A stretch of DNA of 64,000 nucleotides from an uncultured Candidatus Saccharibacteria bacterium (GTDB lineage Bacteria > Patescibacteriota > WWE3 > UBA101185 > UBA10185), in NCBI GenBank assembly GCA_964385105.1, contig CAYLMU010000001.1, positions 2,252-66,251 of the forward strand. The letters are read 5' to 3'. Below the pieces are notes generated by a model. That model was given only the letters and a program-made list of their open reading frames with translations. It searched no databases and was not told the origin of the DNA. The translations under genes were made by a program, and so were the position numbers. Shown here one piece after another: positions 59,025-64,000 of the stretch. The first letter of the stretch is position 1. Each line of letters starts with the position of its first letter.

Positions 59025-59054
59025 TTGACGCTCTCATATAACGAGTGCTAATAT
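59025..59054 (+). promoter_or_regulatory. CIRCE-like operator overlapping groESL promoter
   Basis: TTGACGCTC-N9-GAGTGCTAA (right arm perfect); TTGACG and TG-C-TAATAT promoter elements. Confidence 0.75.
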
Positions 59055-59104
59055 TTTACTCGCAAACGCACAACAACAGTACAAAATTAATTTAGAAAGA
59101 ACTT

Positions 59105-59398
59105 ATGGCAAAAAATAAATTAAAACCATTATCAGACTATTTATTAATTGAAACGCTTGAAGAAGAAACAACTCTTCCTTCAGGAATAGTTATTCCCGAT
59201 ACGGCAAAAGAAAAACCCCAAAAAGGTAAAATTATAGCTGCAGGTCCCGGTAAAAAAGAAGACGGTAAAAGAATGGAAATGGATGTAAAAGTCGGCGATG
59301 TTGTAATGTTCAAAAAATGGGGCGGTACAGAAGTTAAAGTAGAAGGCAAAGAATATCTTCTGGTTAGAGAAGACGATATTCTGGCTATTTTTGAATAA
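59105..59398 (+). CDS. groES: co-chaperonin GroES
   Basis: KPLSD, SGIVIPDTAKEKP, EDDILA. Confidence 0.97.
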   Translation: MAKNKLKPLSDYLLIETLEEETTLPSGIVIPDTAKEKPQKGKIIAAGPGKKEDGKRMEMDVKVGDVVMFKKWGGTEVKVEGKEYLLVREDDILAIFE

Positions 59399-59425
59399 AG
59401 TATATATTTAATTTAAATGTTTTAA

Positions 59426-61078
<1,653 letters not shown>

Positions 61079-61104
61079 AAAGACTTGAGCATTGGTAACT
61101 ATTT

Positions 61105-61130
61105 AAACCCCGGATTTTCCGGGGTTTTTT
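61105..61130 (+). terminator. groESL intrinsic terminator
   Basis: AAACCCCGGA-TTT-TCCGGGGTTTTTT. Confidence 0.9.
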
Positions 61131-61286
61131 GACTATCGGCCTAGAGGGTGTCGTATTCATTTTCATCCTCATAGATTATATTCACGACAAATTAAACTAA
61201 GCTTACAGGGCACTGAAAACACAAATCAGTGCCTTTTTTCTTTTTATACTATATTCCACACACACTATTGTGCTATCATTTATTTA

Positions 61287-61670
61287 ATGGAAGCCCAAAC
61301 CCCAAAAAAAATCTTAATAGTCGAAGATGAACAAGCACTAGGTAAGATTCTTGTTGATAAACTAAATAATCAGGGTTATGTGACCTTTTACGAAGAAAAC
61401 GGGCAAAACGGCTTAACTATGGCACTTTCAGAACACCCTGACCTTATAATTTTAGACCTGATGATGCCTGTAATGGACGGTATAGAAATGTTAAAAAATC
61501 TAAGACAAGACAACTGGGGTAAAAATGCAAAAGTAATTATAATGACAAACATTACACACGACCAAAAAATGGAAGATGCAATAAAATATGGGGTTTACGA
61601 ATATTTGGTGAAGTCAAACTGGGATCTTGATGACGTGATTGAAAAAATAAAAAATAATTTAGACAATTAG
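61287..61670 (+). CDS. single-domain response regulator (receiver only)
   Basis: ILIVEDE, PDLIILDLMMP, MTN, YLVK. Confidence 0.93.
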   Translation: MEAQTPKKILIVEDEQALGKILVDKLNNQGYVTFYEENGQNGLTMALSEHPDLIILDLMMPVMDGIEMLKNLRQDNWGKNAKVIIMTNITHDQKMEDAIKYGVYEYLVKSNWDLDDVIEKIKNNLDN

Positions 61671-61682
61671 CCTTTTATATAT

Positions 61683-62561
61683 TTATACATTATCCAAATC
61701 TTTTAATATCTTTTCAGCATGGTCAAATTTATTAAAGTGAATAAAGTTGCTACTAACCACTTCTGTAGTTTTTTTGTCGCGCATATACCAAAGTTGTATT
61801 GTCATAGCGATAAATTCAACAGTGTCAATTATGCTGCTGTTGTACTTTGACGATGCTTTTGGTTTTTTTGGCATATTAACTTTAAAAAACGGGAAATACG
61901 AAAAGAGCCACTTATTGCTTGATATAAATTTAAAATAGGTATCGTCCCTATTTATGAGTGGGTGCATAAGCAAAATTTCGTGTGCTGTATAAATATTTTG
62001 TTTGGATTTTTCCCACATTAGGGCGTCGTCCGACAAATAAATATTCGGACAAACTTTTTTGTGAAAGTTTTCATCGGTTCTATATTTATTATGTAGCTTT
62101 AAAAGCAATACAACAAAAAAACGTGTTAACCACAGGCGATTTTTTTCGGTAATAATAAACACATCAATGTCATCTTTTTTTTGAGCATTGTATGCTGCAA
62201 CCGACCCCGTCACAGCCAGCATTTTAATCCATTTTATTTGCTTTAAAATATTTGCCGTTTCATAAGCCTCTTTTAATAATTTTCGGGAATTTGCTGCTCT
62301 TGAGTTCCAGTTGACCGTCTTATGCCCAAATAGGTAATACAAGCCTTTTTTATAACTAATGCGTTTTTTTTTAATTAAGTACTCCAGGCGCTGTTTTATA
62401 ACTTTTTCATTGATTTCAATTTCCAGAGGTTCTTCGGGACAAATAAAAAAAGTACACAATTGATGAAAAGTTACCCGTGAGCTAAATATAGACCTATATC
62501 TTAAGGTTTCCAAAATTGCGCTGTCATAAAAAGATTCCAATTCTTTATTTTTGTTTGACAT
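61683..62561 (-). CDS. Pol-beta-superfamily nucleotidyltransferase-like protein
   Basis: TGSVA...DDIDVF motif; IYTAHE. Confidence 0.7.
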   Translation of the reverse strand: MSNKNKELESFYDSAILETLRYRSIFSSRVTFHQLCTFFICPEEPLEIEINEKVIKQRLEYLIKKKRISYKKGLYYLFGHKTVNWNSRAANSRKLLKEAYETANILKQIKWIKMLAVTGSVAAYNAQKKDDIDVFIITEKNRLWLTRFFVVLLLKLHNKYRTDENFHKKVCPNIYLSDDALMWEKSKQNIYTAHEILLMHPLINRDDTYFKFISSNKWLFSYFPFFKVNMPKKPKASSKYNSSIIDTVEFIAMTIQLWYMRDKKTTEVVSSNFIHFNKFDHAEKILKDLDNV

Positions 62562-62955
62562 GGTTATCTATTGCTAAATTCACGAGTTCGTCAGCACGCT
62601 TATTTTTTTCGCGTTTTACATGATTGTAAGATATTTGAGAAAAATAAGGCTCGAATTCTTTAATTTGATCAAAAAAAAGCTTGAGATTATGATTTCGTAT
62701 TTTATACTCACCGCGTAATTGTTTAACAACAAGTTCGCTATCTAAATAACAGTTTAATTCTCTTACATTTTGTTTAGCACTAAGTTGTAACCCAGTGAGC
62801 AAAGCCGTGTACTCAGCCTCATTGTTTGTTTTTTTGCCTAAATAATCACAGTGTTCATAAACCACCTTATTATGTTCATCAAGCAAAACAATTCCAATTC
62901 CGGCAGGACCGGGATTACCTCTTGCACCGCCATCTGTAAATAGAGAATAAGCCAT
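62545..62955 (-). CDS. rnhA: ribonuclease HI
   Basis: TDGGARGNPG, TNNEAEY, DSELV, REKNKRAD. Confidence 0.93.
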   Translation of the reverse strand: MAYSLFTDGGARGNPGPAGIGIVLLDEHNKVVYEHCDYLGKKTNNEAEYTALLTGLQLSAKQNVRELNCYLDSELVVKQLRGEYKIRNHNLKLFFDQIKEFEPYFSQISYNHVKREKNKRADELVNLAIDNHVKQK

Positions 62956-62986
62956 AAATTTTATTATACATTAAGAAAAAAGGTGG

Positions 62987-64000
62987 TTATTTTTTAACAA
63001 GGTCAAATAATGCTTTGGAATCAGGTGTGTATTTTATGGCAATGTACCCCGGCGCGCGTAAATTAAATGCTTTCATAAATAATTGCCCGTCAACTGTATA
63101 GCTTCCCTGATCTGTTGAAAAGGTAATGCTTGTGGTTTTTCCGTCGCCAAACTTTACACCAGAAACCCCCGAAACCTTTGAAAACCCTTGACCTGCATCT
63201 TTAGCTTTTTCACGAAGCTCACTTTTTGAGTAAGGCTTACCGCTAAATCCGCTAATAGAACACTTGTTTATAGTCTCAGGAACAACTCTTTCGGTGTTTT
63301 TTCCTTCTTTGAGCAGTACATAAGCATTTAGTATATCTGCCATTTCTTCTCCGTTAAGCCAAGGGTGATTACGTCCGCAGGTAGAGGAGTTTTTATTTGT
63401 TGATTGGGTAAACCATGCTTTGTAAAACCATGGTGATTTGCCTTTTTTCTCATATGAGTCATTAGGCCAGCTTCCGTCCACATCCCAGCCCACACCGTTA
63501 ATCCAACCGCCGGTTGTAGATGAATACTGTGAAGAAACATCTCCTTTTAACACTTCGCTATCTGTTTCTTTAATGGCATCGTACCATCGCTCCCGGTCTG
63601 AACGATTTACAAGGTCTTTATGAAAATATTGGCAATTTGTTGATGTGCAAATACAATTTCCGTTTTTTGTATATCTGTAAGCATACGTTCTGGCAGCCAC
63701 AGCCTGTGCTTTTAACGCCTCTTTATGCCAAGAGGGAGGCATTTCTCCTAAACCCTTTAAATATTCTCCCATTTTCATTTCACCGACACCAGTTATACAT
63801 ATTTTTTTATCATCAAGGTCATCTTTTTCTTCAACATCAGTTTTGTAATAAAACTTAAGGATTTTTTCATAACTTTGACCATCTTCAGCTCGTCCACGGG
63901 CTCCGTACTGACTCATTCCGTTTCTGTGCGTATAGGCGCCATAACTAAATGCGGCAAATGCCGGGCTAAATCCGGGATTATAGCTAATTGAGGCTCTTGG
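62987..64000 (-). CDS. SpoIID/LytB-domain protein (5' partial)
   Basis: HRNGMSQYGA, EMPPSW..EALKAQAVAARTY; frame continues past the window end. Confidence 0.85.
   Translation of the reverse strand, partial: PRASISYNPGFSPAFAAFSYGAYTHRNGMSQYGARGRAEDGQSYEKILKFYYKTDVEEKDDLDDKKICITGVGEMKMGEYLKGLGEMPPSWHKEALKAQAVAARTYAYRYTKNGNCICTSTNCQYFHKDLVNRSDRERWYDAIKETDSEVLKGDVSSQYSSTTGGWINGVGWDVDGSWPNDSYEKKGKSPWFYKAWFTQSTNKNSSTCGRNHPWLNGEEMADILNAYVLLKEGKNTERVVPETINKCSISGFSGKPYSKSELREKAKDAGQGFSKVSGVSGVKFGDGKTTSITFSTDQGSYTVDGQLFMKAFNLRAPGYIAIKYTPDSKALFDLVKK

Noticed and set aside
61131-61240. Second terminator-like hairpin (61209-61239) and short TGTCGT/ACGACA inverted repeat after groEL, possible sRNA
   Set aside because: No plus-strand promoter or recognisable RNA family; the lone CTTACA here lacks the paired repeat and 31-nt spacing.

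Overview
An AT-rich bacterial chromosomal segment read with genetic code 11. Gene content is typical of a reduced Patescibacteria/CPR genome (Microgenomates/WWE3-like; inferred, not looked up): archaeal-type ATP-dependent DNA ligase, split transketolase, AlaRS lacking C-Ala, a free-standing LAGLIDADG gene beside a tRNA, and many single-TM ORFans. It holds about 70 CDSs (mnmA, P-type ATPase, mutM-recF, an rpiB-rpe-tkt-pfkB-fba cluster, nth, pepF, smpB, comF, alaS, groES/EL, rnhA), three tRNAs (Glu-CTC, Gln-CTG, Cys-GCA) and tmRNA. I saw no CRISPR array, rRNA, integrase or transposase. Most interesting observations: (1) a shared promoter architecture CTWACA-N5-CTWACA-N31-TAnnnT upstream of four stress/envelope gene units, a candidate OmpR-family regulon; (2) a circularly permuted DsbA; (3) a structured, terminator-containing leader whose 5' end is complementary to both its own terminator and the gene's 3' hairpin; (4) a GC-rich secreted Pro/Thr-linker-sortase fusion beside tRNA-Glu, with a boxA-like motif and long hairpin in its leader; (5) an unannotated 40-aa His/Cys microprotein; (6) at least 20 genes with a -10 box exactly 6 nt before ATG (leaderless); (7) a clamp-binding-like QKNLF insertion in the ATP-dependent ligase; (8) a barrel-only pyruvate kinase. 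All family calls come from motif recognition by eye; no searches were run.
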